Position numbers and translations under genes: made by a program. A stretch of 63,652 nucleotides of DNA, filler included, from Deltaproteobacteria bacterium (lineage in GTDB: Bacteria; JAEEML01), in NCBI GenBank assembly GCA_016283195.1. It is 6 parts of 6 records of this genome, joined end to end, with 100 filler letters (N's around TTAATTAATTAA, not from the genome) between each part and the next. Parts side by side here need not be neighbours in the genome. Positions count along the whole stretch, not along the records: positions 29,420 to 35,915 come from JAEEML010000100.1; positions 36,016 to 48,169 come from JAEEML010000101.1; 4 more parts are not named here. One strand, 5' to 3'. Positions within the stretch are counted from its first letter, which is position 1; each line of letters starts with the position of its first letter. The notes beneath the pieces are model-generated. The model had not been told where the DNA came from and did not search any database. It was given only the letters and a program-made list of their open reading frames with translations. Positions 29,699 through 39,300 of this stretch are shown in pieces.

Positions 29699-30694
29699 GT
29701 GGCAGCAACTAACATCATAGATATTAAAGAAAATGCAATAGTTAATCTCGATAAAGAGCTTTTTGCCATTCTGCTCAAAGACCGAACCACCGGTGCCAAT
29801 CTCATTTGGGCAACAGGAGATTATGCCGCTTTGGGCCCCGGTTTTAGATTTTCTGACCCCATAGCCCTGCGCGCGGTCACCGGGCCACATGGCGATATTA
29901 TTCAGCCGCGGGTAGCCAAAAGCCGCGAGCAAAAATGGCAGCGGGTGCGCGATAAAGCCGAAGTATTCACCACGGCCTGGATTTGCAACAATATGAATAA
30001 CTTAGTTGATAACGCCTGGTTTGGGCGGGAGCATATTTTTAACGAAGAAAGCCCCCAAGGCTGGAAAACACTGACTGCACCGGTGGCTTTTCCCGAGGGT
30101 GCCGGGCGCACCTGGCAGGATTATGTCCTTTCCACTCGCCTGGAAATCACCTGCGGTGAGGCGCCATATCTTACCAGCCGCTATGATGCCGTGAGTGGGG
30201 AGTATATCGCGCGGGAAGAGCGCATCGGCCTTTTAGACAGAAAACTCCGGATAGTGCGCGAAAATGTGACCAGCCAAAAAGAGTGGCTCATTTGGGCCGA
30301 GAAAGCGCTCGAAAGTATTTATGGCTTTGATTATCAGGGCGATAATGTCTTGCTGGCTCGTGAAAACATCTTTTGGAGTATGAGAGAAGAATTTTGCGCT
30401 CTTTGGGGCGAGGAACCCGCAGTAGAACAAATGCGCCGCTGGGGGGAGATAATCGCCTGGAATATCTGGCAGATGGATGGGCTCAAGTTTGTGGTGCCGG
30501 AAAGCTGCCAGACTAAAGAGATGGTGGTTGAGGATCTTTTTGAAAAACAGGTGGTTAAGAAAGAGTGCGAGGGTTGCAAAAAGAATGCGCCGTTTAAGCA
30601 TAACGGCATTTATTGCCGGATAAAAAACTGGCGCAGCGGACGGGAAAGCCGCTTTGTGGACTCGCTGAAGGGAGAGAAAAATGGCCGAAAATAA
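29699..30694 (+). CDS. Restriction-modification associated MTase-like subunit ('restriction endonuclease subunit M' type), copy 1
   Basis: KAEVFT..W, LEITCGEAPYL SAM-binding-like motif, IYGFDYQGDN, WNIWQMDGL; no NPPY. Confidence 0.75.
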   Translation: MAATNIIDIKENAIVNLDKELFAILLKDRTTGANLIWATGDYAALGPGFRFSDPIALRAVTGPHGDIIQPRVAKSREQKWQRVRDKAEVFTTAWICNNMNNLVDNAWFGREHIFNEESPQGWKTLTAPVAFPEGAGRTWQDYVLSTRLEITCGEAPYLTSRYDAVSGEYIAREERIGLLDRKLRIVRENVTSQKEWLIWAEKALESIYGFDYQGDNVLLARENIFWSMREEFCALWGEEPAVEQMRRWGEIIAWNIWQMDGLKFVVPESCQTKEMVVEDLFEKQVVKKECEGCKKNAPFKHNGIYCRIKNWRSGRESRFVDSLKGEKNGRK

Positions 30695-31478
30695 TACCAG
30701 CCTGATAATGTACACTACCGAAGATGGAATTACCCAGATTCAGGCGACCTTTGACAATGATACGGTGTGGCTCTCCCTTGACCAGATGGCAGAACTCTTT
30801 CAGCGTGATAAGTCCACTATTTCCCGGCACATAAAGAACATTTTTGCAGAAGGTGAATATGTAAGTGCTTCAGTTGTTGCAAATTTTGCAACAACTGCCG
30901 CGGATGGCAAAACTTATCATGTCGATTATTACAATCTTGATGTCATTATTTCCGTGGGTTATCGCGTAAAATCTCTTCGCGGGACACAGTTTAGAATTTG
31001 GGCCATGCAGATTCTTAAAGAATATATGCAGAAAGGCTTTGCCCTTGATGACCGGCGGCTTAAAGAACTAGGTGGCGGAAACTATTTTGACGAGTTATTA
31101 GAGCGAATCCGCGATATCCGTTCGAGCGAGAAAGTCTTTTGGCGCAAGGTGCTGGATATTTACGCCACGAGCATTGACTATAACCCCAGTGCGGAAAGTT
31201 CCATTGCCTTCTTCAAACAAGTTCAAAATAAGATGCACTGGGCAGCTCACAAACACACCGCTGCGGAGATAATTTACGAGCGGGCGGACAGCGATAAAAT
31301 GACCCGCCGCGAAATTTTAACTACAGCCGGCAAAGTTACCCATAGAGAAGCATTGGATAAAGCCCACGAAGAATACAAAAAATTCCGGGCCAAAGATGTG
31401 GACAGGCTTTCTCTTGTTGAAAAGCATTTTCTTAAAAGTATTGGTGAACTGGATAAGCTCGAGGGAGGGGTAAAGTAA
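30681..31478 (+). CDS. Virulence RhuM family protein, apparently with internal deletion
   Basis: YNLDVIISVGYRVKS.RGTQFRIWA, YFDELLERIRDIRSSEK, VQNKMHWA; jumps from RADSDK to REILTTAGKV. Confidence 0.85.
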   Translation: MAENNTSLIMYTTEDGITQIQATFDNDTVWLSLDQMAELFQRDKSTISRHIKNIFAEGEYVSASVVANFATTAADGKTYHVDYYNLDVIISVGYRVKSLRGTQFRIWAMQILKEYMQKGFALDDRRLKELGGGNYFDELLERIRDIRSSEKVFWRKVLDIYATSIDYNPSAESSIAFFKQVQNKMHWAAHKHTAAEIIYERADSDKMTRREILTTAGKVTHREALDKAHEEYKKFRAKDVDRLSLVEKHFLKSIGELDKLEGGVK

Positions 31479-31960
31479 TGGCCCAGGTTTTTAATCAGGC
31501 ATTTGAACAGAAGCTAATCTATGTTTACCGCATAAATGATGAAGCCCATGCAGGAATTTTAAAAATCGGGGAGGCCTCCTGCAATGCGGGTATGGCCTAT
31601 TTTGCCTTTGAGCCGAACTGCAATGAGCTAAACGCTGCCGCCAAAAAGAGAATTGATCAGCAAACCCAGACAGCCGGGGTGTCTTATGAGCTTTTATATA
31701 CCGAAGCCACGGCTTATATGAAAGACAAAAATCTGATTGTTTTTCAAGACCACGAAGTCCACAATATTCTTGAACGTTCTGGAATTAGGCATAAATACTT
31801 TGACCCGGAACACAAAGCCAACGAGTGGTTTTATACCGACCTAGAGACGGTTAAAAAAGCCATCGCCGCCGCCAAAGAGGAACGGCGGGGCGGCCGCTCC
31901 GGCACCCCAAGAGCTCGGTGGCTATTTGCCTTAGGAGATGGAGATCTCTTCGGTGGTTAG
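31478..31960 (+). pseudogene. N-terminal fragment of Eco57I-like/helicase-fused restriction enzyme
   Basis: KLIYVYRINDEAH.G.LKIGEA...AAKKRIDQQTQTAG...DHEVH..L.RSGI...NEWF; native sequence appears to end near 31886 at a repeat-element end. Confidence 0.65.
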
Positions 31961-31970
31961 AATAAAGTAA

Positions 31971-32390
31971 TCATAGCTCATCTACGAGCAGAACCCTGAT
32001 TTTGTCCACCTGGCGCAACTGCTTGTCATTCGTCAGAAAAACGTCACATTTATTCTGTATTGCTGTAGCCAGTTGCAGCGCATCCATAGCCTTTATACTG
32101 CAATAAGTAGCACGAAGCCACGACGCATATTTAGCAACCTGTTTATCAAGCGGCAATATATTAATAGAGGCATCAAATATAAAGGATTCAAAATCAGTAA
32201 TTTTTTGTATCTCATTTTGGCGATAAGGTATGACGCAATATTCTGTGATTGTCAGCAAAGAAGTGCATAGCGCGATATTCTCTGCATAATATCTTGAAAC
32301 GGCCGCTCTTAGTTTTGCAGAATACTGGGCATTGTCCTCCAAAATATAGATAAATGGCGCTGTATCCAGAAAGATTTTAGAACCTATCAT
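31971..32390 (-). CDS. PIN-domain (VapC) toxin
   Basis: IFLDTAPFIY, SLLTITE, DALQLATA, FLTND. Confidence 0.9.
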   Translation of the reverse strand: MIGSKIFLDTAPFIYILEDNAQYSAKLRAAVSRYYAENIALCTSLLTITEYCVIPYRQNEIQKITDFESFIFDASINILPLDKQVAKYASWLRATYCSIKAMDALQLATAIQNKCDVFLTNDKQLRQVDKIRVLLVDEL

Positions 32391-32595
32391 CAGAACGCAT
32401 CCTGTCAACCACAGCCTGAGCATCTTCGTTCCAGACATGGGTGGAGGTATTATATTTTGAAAAATCAAGAGCTTTTCGCTTATCATGAGTTTGGGGTGTG
32501 TTTTGTGACAAAAGGAAGTCAATATAATAGAGCAAGCTTTCTTGCTGCATTGCCGTAAGAAAACTTACTTTGTGTTCGAGAACTGCTATATCCAT
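32377..32595 (-). CDS. Putative antitoxin (DUF2281-like)
   Basis: 72 aa, GGAGG RBS, overlaps PIN start; YIDFLL...VW.EDAQ..VD.MR. Confidence 0.75.
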   Translation of the reverse strand: MDIAVLEHKVSFLTAMQQESLLYYIDFLLSQNTPQTHDKRKALDFSKYNTSTHVWNEDAQAVVDRMRSDDRF

Positions 32596-32828
32596 AGCCC
32601 TACCTCCAAAGCGGCATGGTACCATAGCTTAACGGTGCTTTCAAGATGGCTATTTGCCTTCGAGGGCGGCGATCTCTTCGGGGGTCAGGTGTAGAGGTTA
32701 TAGACGAGAGCATTTATTTGCCGGGAGAGTGAGTTGAATGTGGTTTTCAATACGACAACTGGATAAAATTATTGAAATTTTTTGTTCCCATAAATGACGA
32801 TGGCACTAAAATAGAATTTGGTTAGCTT

Positions 32829-33140
32829 GCGGCGTGGCCTCTCTTTTCTTGAGTGCGATGCCCGTTTTTGCTCGACTCTTTTACTTGTTTTTCTCCTGCT
32901 TTTTCTTCTTTTCGGGGAGGAACCACGCTACTTTCGAAGCGCTATGTTTCCTCCCCGAGCCCCTCTTCCTTTGCACGACCAAGGGACACCCTTGGAACCC
33001 GAGTATTTAATGAAAATGGCTTTATTTATGGTATGTTACAAAATCATTCACTTCGTATTTGCCTTAAAAGCCAGAGGCCACACTTGAGAGCGGATCTGGG
33101 TAGCCGCCTCTGGCTTAGCCGGGGCTGGCCGCCCCGGCGC
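32829..33140. mobile_element. Structured ~310-bp dispersed non-coding element (MITE-like or ncRNA), copy 1
   Basis: Colinear with reverse complement of 49081-49388; four hairpins, two with compensatory changes. Confidence 0.7.
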
Positions 33141-33211
33141 TTTTTCTTGCTGACAAAGCGCGGCCTAGCGGCTAGGATTAAGCCGCCTCTTTGGCATATT
33201 GGGAGTAGGCT

Positions 33212-34192
33212 GTGGCAGCAACTAACATCATAGATATTAATGAAAATATGCTAGTTAATCTTGATAAAGGGCTTTTTGAAATTCTCCTAAAAGATAGAAC
33301 TACCGGCGCTAATCTTATTTGGGCAACCGGAGATTATGCCGCTCTCGGCCCCGGTTTTAAAGCGGCAGACCACATAGCTATCCGGGCGGTTACTGGCCCG
33401 CATGGCGATATTATTCGGCCACGGGTAGCCAAAAGCCGCGAGCAAAAGTGGCAGCGGGTGCGCGATAAAGCCGAGGTTTTTACTCCGGCTTGGATTTGCA
33501 ATAAGCAAAATAATTTGGTGGATAACGCCTGGTTCGGGCGAGAAAATATTTTTAATAAAGAAAGCACCAGCGGCTGGGAAACGCTGGCTACTCCGGTGCT
33601 CTTCCCCGGTGGTGATGGGCGCACTTGGGAGGATTATGTCATTTCTACGCGCCTGGAAATCACCTGCGGCGAGGCGCCATATCTTATCAGCCGCTATGAT
33701 GCCGTGAGCGGCGAATATATTGCGCGGGAAGAGCGCATCGGCCTTTTGGATAGGAAGCTCCGGATAGTGCGCGAAAATGTAACCAGCCAAAAGGATTGGC
33801 TTATTTGGGCCGAGAAGGCTTTAGAGAGTATTTACGGCTTTGATTATCAGGGCGACAATGTGCTGCTCTCCCGCGAAAACATCTTTTGGAGCATGAGAGA
33901 AGAATTTTGCGCTCTTTGGGGTGAGGAACCCACAGTAGAACAAATGCGCCGCTGGGGTGAGATAATTTCCTGGAATATCTGGCAGATGGATGGGCTCAAG
34001 TTTGTGGTGCCGGAGAGCTGCCAGACTAAAGAGGTGGTGGTTGAGGATCTTTTTGAAAAACAGGTGGTTAAGAAAGAGTGCGAGGGTTGCAAAAAGAATG
34101 CGCCATTTAAGCATAACGGCATTTATTGCCGGATAAAAAACTGGCGCAGCGGACGGGAAAGCCGCTTTGTGGACTCGCTGAAGAAGAGGTAG
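33212..34192 (+). CDS. RM-associated MTase-like subunit, copy 2
   Basis: Close paralog of 29699-30694 including ~75 bp of shared upstream sequence. Confidence 0.75.
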   Translation: MAATNIIDINENMLVNLDKGLFEILLKDRTTGANLIWATGDYAALGPGFKAADHIAIRAVTGPHGDIIRPRVAKSREQKWQRVRDKAEVFTPAWICNKQNNLVDNAWFGRENIFNKESTSGWETLATPVLFPGGDGRTWEDYVISTRLEITCGEAPYLISRYDAVSGEYIAREERIGLLDRKLRIVRENVTSQKDWLIWAEKALESIYGFDYQGDNVLLSRENIFWSMREEFCALWGEEPTVEQMRRWGEIISWNIWQMDGLKFVVPESCQTKEVVVEDLFEKQVVKKECEGCKKNAPFKHNGIYCRIKNWRSGRESRFVDSLKKR

Positions 34193-34197
34193 ACGTA

Positions 34198-35577
34198 ATG
34201 TCTGAGAGCCAGAATATTGAATATAAAAAGTTATGGCGGGATGAATATCTTAGGTGGATTTGTGGTTTTGCCAATGCACAGGGTGGCACTATCTATATTG
34301 GCGTTGACGACTCAGGAAATGTTGTTGGCGTGAAGGATTGTAAAAAGCTATTGGAGGATATTCCCAATAAGATTCAGGCAGGGCTTGGGATTGTTGCCGA
34401 TGTGAATAAGAAAACCCAGAACGACCTCGATTATATTGAAATAGTTGTTCGTCCGAGCAATTTTCCGGTGAGTTATCATGGTGAGTTTCATTACAGAAGT
34501 GGCAGCACTAAGCAGCAGCTTACCGGAATGGCACTCACTGAATTTATCACTCGTAAAACAGGCGTGCGCTGGGAAGATGCTACGGTTGATAATATTGGCG
34601 TTGATGATTTAGATGCCGAAAGTTTTAAGATTTTCCGCCGGGAAGCTCTGCGCAGTAACAGGATGAGGCCGGAAGATCTTGAGATTTCTAATGAAGAGCT
34701 TTTAAAAAAATTGCATCTGCTGGCTGATGGAAAATTGAAGCGCTCGGCTGTCCTTTTATTTTATAATGATCCCAGCATCTTGCAAAATGGTAGTTATGTA
34801 AAAATCGGCAAGTTTGGTGTGGGGCCTGATTTACAGTATCAGGATACTATTGAGCAGTCTCTTATTCAGATTGCCGACAAGGTAATAGACCTGATTTATC
34901 TTAAATATCTCAAGGCCAGGATTACTTATGAACATGATAAGCGTGTGGAAACTTATCCGTTTGCGCGTGAAGCTATTCGCGAGGCTGTGTATAATGCCTT
35001 GATTCACAATGTTTATATGTTTGGCACGCCGATTCAGATTCGCATTGAAAATGAAGCAATAATTATCAGCAATCGTTGCATTTTGCCGGAAGGCTGGACG
35101 GCTGAGACTTTCTTGAAAAAGCATGAATCATTCCCATATAACCCCGATATTGCAAATGTTTTTTACCGCGCAGGATATATTGAAAACTGGGGGCGCGGTA
35201 TTGAAAAAATCTGCGACGCCTGCAGGGAGCTTGGTGTGGAGTTGCCGCGCTATGAAGTGCTCGGCAATGGCATACGGGTACATTTTGCGGCCCTGAAAGA
35301 GGCACTGCTTGATTCCGATGCGGCAAAGAAACAGCAGAAAGTAAATAAAAATGTCGGTGTAAATGTCGGTGTAAATGTCGGTGTAAATGTCGGTGTAAAC
35401 GCTCAAAGGCTGCTCGGTTTAATAAGCGAAGTTCCTAATATTTCTGCAACTATTGCCAGTGAAAAACTGGGAGTAAGTAAACGCCAGGCAGAGCGTCTCT
35501 TTGCACAGTTAAAGGAAAATAAGCTTATTAAGCGTGTTGGAACTGATAAAAGCGGGCATTGGGAAATTGCAAAGTAG
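34198..35577 (+). CDS. AlbA_2 (Schlafen-like) + HATPase_c_4 + HTH ATP-binding protein
   Basis: ESQNIEYK, ICGFANAQGGTIYIGVDD, AIREAVYNALIH, PYNPDIANVF, IENWGRGI, KRVGTDKSGHW. Confidence 0.88.
   Translation: MSESQNIEYKKLWRDEYLRWICGFANAQGGTIYIGVDDSGNVVGVKDCKKLLEDIPNKIQAGLGIVADVNKKTQNDLDYIEIVVRPSNFPVSYHGEFHYRSGSTKQQLTGMALTEFITRKTGVRWEDATVDNIGVDDLDAESFKIFRREALRSNRMRPEDLEISNEELLKKLHLLADGKLKRSAVLLFYNDPSILQNGSYVKIGKFGVGPDLQYQDTIEQSLIQIADKVIDLIYLKYLKARITYEHDKRVETYPFAREAIREAVYNALIHNVYMFGTPIQIRIENEAIIISNRCILPEGWTAETFLKKHESFPYNPDIANVFYRAGYIENWGRGIEKICDACRELGVELPRYEVLGNGIRVHFAALKEALLDSDAAKKQQKVNKNVGVNVGVNVGVNVGVNAQRLLGLISEVPNISATIASEKLGVSKRQAERLFAQLKENKLIKRVGTDKSGHWEIAK
35349..35399 (+). repeat. 12-bp coding tandem repeat (aaatgtcggtgt x4, NVGV)
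   Basis: Four consecutive copies in the linker before the HTH. Confidence 0.9.
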
Positions 35578-35594
35578 TACAAAAGAGGTGCCAA

Positions 35595-35915
35595 ATGGCT
35601 GAATTATTTAGACAATCATTTAAGCAGAAGCTCTTTTATGTCTATAGAATCAATGATGAAGCGCATGAGGGAGTCTTAAAAATTGGTGAGGCCTCCTGCA
35701 ATGCGGGTATGGCCTATTTTGCCTTTTGAAAAACAGGTGGTTAAAAAGGAGTGCGAGGGGTGCAAAAAGAATGCGCCATTTAAGCATAACGGCATTTATT
35801 GCCGGATAAAAAACTGGCGCACCGGACGGGAAAGCCGCTTTGTGGACTCGCTGAAGGGAGAGAAAAATGGCCGAAAATAATACCAGCCTGATAATGTACA
35901 CTACCGAAGATGGAA
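35595..35915 (+). pseudogene. Mosaic: restriction enzyme N-terminal fragment + 3' end of subunit-M gene + RhuM start
   Basis: MAELFRQSFKQKLFYVYRINDEAHEGVLKIGEASCNAGMAYFAF* followed by sequence nearly identical to about 30537-30730. Confidence 0.75.
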
Positions 35916-36015
35916 NNNNNNNNNNNNNNNNNNNNNNNNNNNNNNNNNNNNNNNNNNNNTTAATTAATTAANNNNNNNNNNNNNNNNNNNNNNNNNNNNN
36001 NNNNNNNNNNNNNNN
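35916..36015. other. Assembly contig linker
   Basis: N-run + TTAATTAATTAA. Confidence 0.98.
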
Positions 36016-36016
36016 A

Positions 36017-36259
36017 AATTATCTTGATCCGCTTTATCAGCACCTGCTGCTCACGCACTTAAAAACCTGCACTGCCGCCAAAAAGCAAACTGTCATCATT
36101 TCTATTCATGATCTGCCACTGGCCATTCACTATTTTAAACGCTTTTTTCTTTTTAATCACGGAGAGTTAATGGCTATTCTCACAAAGGAGGAGCTTTTGG
36201 AATCACCACTTGTGGCTACTTGCTTTAAACTGCCACCAGATGTACTGTTTGCAAAATAA
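36017..36259 (+). CDS. ABC transporter ATP-binding protein (FepC/BtuD-like), C-terminal part
   Basis: Manual translation NYLDPLYQ...VIISIHDL (D-loop, H-loop). Confidence 0.7.
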   Translation, partial: NYLDPLYQHLLLTHLKTCTAAKKQTVIISIHDLPLAIHYFKRFFLFNHGELMAILTKEELLESPLVATCFKLPPDVLFAK

Positions 36260-36345
36260 AAAAGCCGAGGTAGCATATTAAACCTTCACAAATCGCCCAG
36301 AATAAGCTAGAAAAACTTGCTTGCTTTTAAGCAAAGGAGCTTTAA

Positions 36346-39300
36346 ATGACAAATAACTATTTATTTAACAAGCTAGCCAAGGGGATGGCAGTACTGTTTT
36401 TCCTCACCGGCAGCGAAGCTATGGCCCAGAAAGTTGGCAATTCCTGCACCACCACAGCCGCTTTTAACATGACTTCCGGCGATCAGGGCAGCGGCAAATC
36501 CACTCAAATTCCGGCTAAAAAGAGCCTCGAAGTTTTGGATTTCAACCGCGGCTGGTTCAAAGTACAGTTCGGCAAAAAAGTCGGTTTTGTTAAGGCCTCG
36601 GTATTAAATAAAAATTGCAAAGATTCCGGTGGCAATGTTCAAAAGAAAGAGCTGCAAAAAGAAGAGGCCTTAAGCAAAAAGGAACAGGGCATCGACTTAA
36701 GTAGCATGGACGCTGCCAAAACAACCTCCCGTAGCGCCGCCGAACAGGGCCCGGCTGCCGCCCCCACCATTACGCCGGCTCAGCTCAGGCAGGAGAAACA
36801 ACGCGCCGCCATCGGTGATTCTCTCGATGATACTCTGGCCGCTTGCGAAGAGCTGCTCGATTTGGCCGACCCGGAAAGCATGGATACAGCCGTAAAAATT
36901 CAAAACTGCGCCGACCACTACTGGGAAAAAGCTAAAGAGCTCTTCTTCTGCTCCGAAGATTTTAACACTCCTAAAGCCAAGCAGGACGAGTGCCGCAAAG
37001 ATATGGAAGCTGCTCAGGCCAAAACACTTGAATTATATGATCAAATTCTGGCTGATTATAAGAGCTTCCCGGATTATGACGAAGTGCTCTATTCTGCCGG
37101 TCTTTACCGCGTTGAGCTGGAAAAACATAATCAGGCTATCAAACATTTTAAGGATATCATCCAATATTACGGTGATTCTAAGCGCGTTTCCGATGCTTGG
37201 TTCCAACTAGGCGAATATTATTTCAATGTAGAAAACAGCGCCAGAAAAGCCCTCGGTTCCTATCAAAAAGCCGCCGAACAAACCGGCACCTTTATTTATC
37301 CTTTCTCTGTTTATAAACAAGGTTGGTGCTATATCAACACCGGAGAGTGGGATAAAGCCAAAGAGCGCTTCAAAAGCACCATTTCCCTCACTTGCGCTCC
37401 GGGCAACGAATTCAGCAAATCCTGGGCCGGGCTCTGCAAAGACGGCCTGCGCGACTATGTGCGCGCCTATTCCAATATCGGCGAATCCAAGCTGGCTATG
37501 GAAGATTTCAAGAAAATCGGTGGCAAACAAAACTACCGTTCTATGATGGAAAACTTAGGTCTTCTCTATATTGATCAAGGTAAGCATAACGATGTAACCG
37601 TGGCCTTTAACGACCTCTTAAATGACGACCCCAACGACATTCGCAATCCCATTTTCAATGCCTATCTGGTGGAATCAGCCAACGCCGTGGGCAATAAAGC
37701 CAATGTTGTCAAAGCGGTAAAAACCCTGGCCGAATCTTACAAAAAAGCGCGTAAACTGGCCGAAAACAGCAAAGGCGACGAAGAGACGCTCAAAAAGGTG
37801 CAAAAAAGCTTAAATGAAGCTACGGATATTGCCGAAAACACCGTGCGTAAAGTGGCTTATGAATATGCTAAAGAGGGCCGCAGTAAAGGCAATCTCGAAG
37901 TTATGAACTACTCTCGCGAAGTTTACCGGGATTATCTCTCTATTTTCCCCGACACCAAGCACCTTTTTGAAATGACTTTTATGTACGCCGAGCTGCTCTA
38001 TGATATCGCCGAAAAGACCAACGACGATAAAAAATACGCCGCCACCATGGACGAAGCGGCTACTAATTATATCTCGGTAGTCAAAATGCGCCCCAATCCG
38101 GAAACCGATATGGAAAAGAAGATTGTGGAAGCGGCAGCCAGCAGTGCTGTCCATGCCCTTTCAGCCGTGGTGGAATATGAGGAAAAAATTCACCCGGTTA
38201 AAGTCAAAGGCACACAGGAAGTGGCCATTCCGGAAATTTACCAAAAACTAATTGATGCCTGTCTCACCTACATTAAATACCGTCCAAACGGTGATGACAT
38301 TGTGGGTATTCGCTATAAAATGGCCCGTATTTATTACTTATTTAACCACTATGACAAAGCCGCTCCGGCCTTCCACGACATTGTGTACAATCACCCGACC
38401 GATCCGGTGGCCTGCTATGCCGCCAATCTGACTATCGATATTTACAACGGGCAAGCTAACTATGCAAAATTGCAAGAATTAACTCGCGAATATATTAATA
38501 ACAAAGAGCTCTCCTGCGGCGAGAAAGAGCGTGCCGCTTTTGCCGTTATCGAAGTTAAAGCCACCTTTATGCTGGCTCAGGCTTTGGAACAAAAAGAGGA
38601 ATTTTTGGCTGCTGCCGATGCTTATATGGATTTTTATAAGCGCTATCCCAATAGCGAATATGCCGTTTTGGCCGTCAGCAACGCCGCCGTTTGTTACGAT
38701 AAAGGCAGTAAAATTGAAGATGCCATTAACACTCGTCTCTATCTAATCAACAAACTGGCCAACCACCCGCACGCCGATAAAGATTTGATCCGCGATACTC
38801 ACCATGACATTGCCGCCACTTATGACCGCATTGCCGATTTTGCCAATGCTGCGGAATATTATGAAAGCTTTGTCGCCGCTTATCCCAAAGATAAACGGAG
38901 CAACGACGCCATTTACAACGCCGGTATTTACCGCGAAGTTTTGAAACAATACGGCAAAGCAGAAAAGAACCGCTGGCTCTATATCGAAAAATACAACAAG
39001 AACATGGAAGACGGCGCCCAGGTTTATTTCTCTATTTGCGAGGCCAGAGAAACTGCCGCCGCCGAATATGAAGAGAGCATCAAAAAAGCCGATAAAAAAG
39101 ACAGAAGCGATATGCGCAAGGTGGCCCTTAAAAAGTGGGAGAACGCTAACGACTGTTATTACAACTACTTACAAGTCAAAGGCTACCAAAAGGTCAATGG
39201 CGCTTTAGACCGCCAATGCTATGGCCAATACCGCCGCGCCGAAATCCTGCGCCAGCACATTAAAAACACCAAAGGCGCACGGGAAATTTATGATTTTATT

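Noticed and set aside
32818-33233. ORFs 32818-33087, 32853-33233 and 49113-49389 as proteins
   Set aside because: They overlap the structured repeat; indels break frame conservation between the two copies
35349-35399. 12-bp repeat as a phase-variation switch
   Set aside because: In-frame unit; such tetrapeptide linkers are common before the HTH in this family
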